A stretch of 23,737 nucleotides of DNA, taken from Macrostomum lignano. Taxonomy: Eukaryota. The stretch lies in the NCBI GenBank assembly GCA_002269645.1, contig NIVC01004228.1, positions 1-23,737 on the forward strand. Direction: 5' to 3'. Shown here one piece after another: positions 22,013 through 23,737 of the stretch (positions within the stretch are counted from its first letter, which is position 1; every line of letters starts with the position of its first letter). The notes beneath the pieces are model-generated. The model ran no database searches. It worked only from the letters and a program-made list of their open reading frames with translations, and was not told the DNA's origin. The position numbers and the translations under genes were made by a program.

Positions 22013-22654
22013 CTGGCTATCGGCAAGCAGGCTGGCCGTAGCCGCACTGGGATGCAGCTGAGTAGCCTCGAACATGCCCGGGCCAACTGCGGTAGCTCGC
22101 AGTGGCAACATTGAAGCGTCGGTTCCCATGGCAATGGCGGCCGTAGCGCCGTCTCCATCCTGTAGCTGGCGCAGAGTCCCAGACTCGACATCCGACGCTT
22201 TCTGCTGCTGCTGCTGTTGTTGCGTTTCTAAGAAAAGCGGCGTCATGAGGCCGCCGTGGCGCCGTCGCCAGTCGGCGTCGATCCGGCACTCCCTGAACGG
22301 ACAGTCGGCCAGCGGCCGGTCGAACATCGGCCGGCGGAAATCCGGAGTTGATGAGCAGGCGTCCAGCTGTACAGCAGAGCAGAATGCCGGCAGGACGGCT
22401 CCGGTTGACGCCGAGAATTCTTCGTCTCGGTTGCTATCCTCATCTGCGGTATTGTTGCCATGACAACGCGACAACAGGGCGAACCAACGAGCCGACGCTT
22501 CGGAGGGTAAGCCGGAGTTGCGAGACCAGAACTCCAGTAGCCAAGCTCGATTTGATTCGGCCGAATCTGTCAGGCCGGCCAGCAGAGCCGGGGCGCACAG
22601 ATTCGGGTGGGTTGGGTACCAGGTGGCCAGGATCTGGTAGGCCTGGCGACGGGC
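22013..22654 (-). CDS. PRKDC: DNA-PKcs exon with the ABCDE autophosphorylation region
   Basis: 642 nt, phase 0/0. [13 protein letters not shown]...[37 protein letters not shown] aligns with human IRNFWSHETRLPS...[36 protein letters not shown]. Confidence 0.95.
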
Positions 22655-22695
22655 CTGCGGTTTTGGGGTTGGGTTAGAGGGATCAAAGGGGCATT

Positions 22696-22845
22696 GAGTG
22701 TACATTGGGGATAGAGAGAGAATGTTTTAACGGGCACAGAGTGTACATTGGGGATAGAGAGAGAATGTTTTAACGGGCACAGAGTGTACATTGGGGATAG
22801 AGAGAGAATGTTTTAACGGGCACAGAGTGTACATTGGGGATAGAG
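22696..22845. repeat. 43-bp tandem repeat, ~3.4 copies (GAGTGTACATTGGGGATAGAGAGAGAATGTTTTAACGGGCACA)
   Basis: Near-identical copies visible directly. Confidence 0.93.
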
Positions 22846-22993
22846 GGATCTAATGCAAAGATAGGAATGCACATATTGCATAGCAACTAGGTGTAAGAAG
22901 GCAGACTGCGAATAGTCCATACTATATAGTATGCCTAGAAAAGCCATTAGTGTACACTGAGGCGAATTAAATACACTACAAAATAGGTCAAAC

Positions 22994-23334
22994 CTGCGGC
23001 AAAGTCAAAGCGGCAACGCTGCCAGCTCCAGCTCCGGTGGAAGCCAGGCACATCTCGCCGACAGCCGCCAGGAGCCAGACTCTCTGCTGTTTAATAGCCG
23101 CCTGCTCAGCGTCAGCCAGCCGCTCCTGCTGCTGCAACAACAGCAGAAGTCTTTCGCAGAGGGCCAGCGCGCATTCTGCGGCACCCGAGACTCGGCACTG
23201 ACGCTGGCCGATCCGCCCGAACGACAAAGCGAACAGCCGTTTAGAGAGTCGAAAAAGCCGCGCTCTTTCATTCGACAGCAGCGTTCGGCCATCGACAATT
23301 GTCGGAATCGACAGCGCGGCGGTTGCGGCGGCCG
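22994..23334 (-). CDS. PRKDC: DNA-PKcs exon or exon part, M-HEAT region
   Basis: Open frame AAAATAALSIPT...LSKRLFALSFG...LALCERLL...QQRVWLLAAVGEM...LPQ ends at donor CAG|GTTTGA in phase with the next exon. The upstream boundary depends on whether 23335-23440 is an intron. Confidence 0.7.
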
Positions 23335-23440
23335 CTAGCAGACCAGACAGTCAGCAAGGAGTCGCCAGTCAGGTGGGCAGCTGGAAACAGCAGGCGCTGA
23401 CGGAATTCAATGCAGCCAGTCGGGGACAGCAGCGGCTGAC

Positions 23441-23568
23441 CTGGGCGACGCGTGCAAGCCGGCGTCGGGCGAGCGGTGAGCATCTTGCGAGCTGCTCGGG
23501 CGACCTGCTTGTAGAAGGCCGGCCTGCGATGGTGGCGAGGATAGTCCGTGATTTCATATGCTAGACAC
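23441..23568 (-). CDS. PRKDC: DNA-PKcs exon or exon part, M-HEAT region; most 5' segment in the window
   Basis: Acceptor at 23560 or 23568. YEITDYPRHHRRPAFYKQVARAARKML is weakly similar to human SFVRYKEVYAAAAEVL. Confidence 0.55.
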
Positions 23569-23574
23569 CTGGCT

Positions 23575-23737
23575 ACTACCCAGACACCCAGTATCTACCC
23601 AGACACTCTAGTATCACCCAGACACCCTAGTATCCACCCAGACACCCTAGTATCCACCAGAACACTCTAGTATCCACCCAGACACCCTAGTATCCACCCA
23701 GACACTCTAGTATCTACCCAGAACCCCAGTATCTATC
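23575..23737. repeat. Intronic 20-21-bp minisatellite (CCCAGACACCCTAGTATCCA), running off the window end
   Basis: About 8 visible copies. Confidence 0.93.

Larger units (their letters stand above)
6833..23568 (-). other. PRKDC: DNA-dependent protein kinase catalytic subunit gene, 3' half; the gene continues beyond the window end
   Basis: Spliced translation is colinear with human DNA-PKcs from roughly residue 2290 to the C-terminus: [92 protein letters not shown]. Confidence 0.96.

Noticed and set aside
6891-23564. Plus-strand ORFs overlapping DNA-PKcs exons (e.g. 6891-7244, 7815-8135, 10116-10613, 22074-22463)
   Set aside because: Antisense shadows of GC-rich coding exons with no recognisable motifs.

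Overview
This is eukaryotic (metazoan) genomic DNA, not a prokaryotic or viral locus. GC-rich exons separated by repeat-filled introns suggest a free-living flatworm such as Macrostomum, but that taxon is only my inference. About 17 kb (6833-23568, minus strand) is the 3' half of a DNA-PKcs/PRKDC gene. I could trace 15-16 exons with GT-AG borders in consistent phase, about 1,950 codons, covering the ABCDE phospho-cluster, FAT, PI3K-like kinase and FATC domains. One exon carries an in-frame TAG (14336-14338) in sequence that aligns with human FAT, and the most 5' segment needs either a 106-nt intron or a frameshift. Nearly every intron holds its own micro- or minisatellite. One intron also holds an antisense, disrupted C-type lectin gene and a tRNA-derived CORE-type SINE. 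Downstream of the gene are a MITE-like element, a 2.3-kb (CAGA)n array with higher-order periodicity, and a decayed BEL/Pao LTR retrotransposon whose broken end is capped by an inverted copy of its own LTR terminus. I found no clearly new biological system. The best leads are the nonsense codon in DNA-PKcs, the nested lectin, the inverted minisatellites around the kinase exon, and the inverted-terminus retroelement. All alignments were done by eye against remembered sequences.
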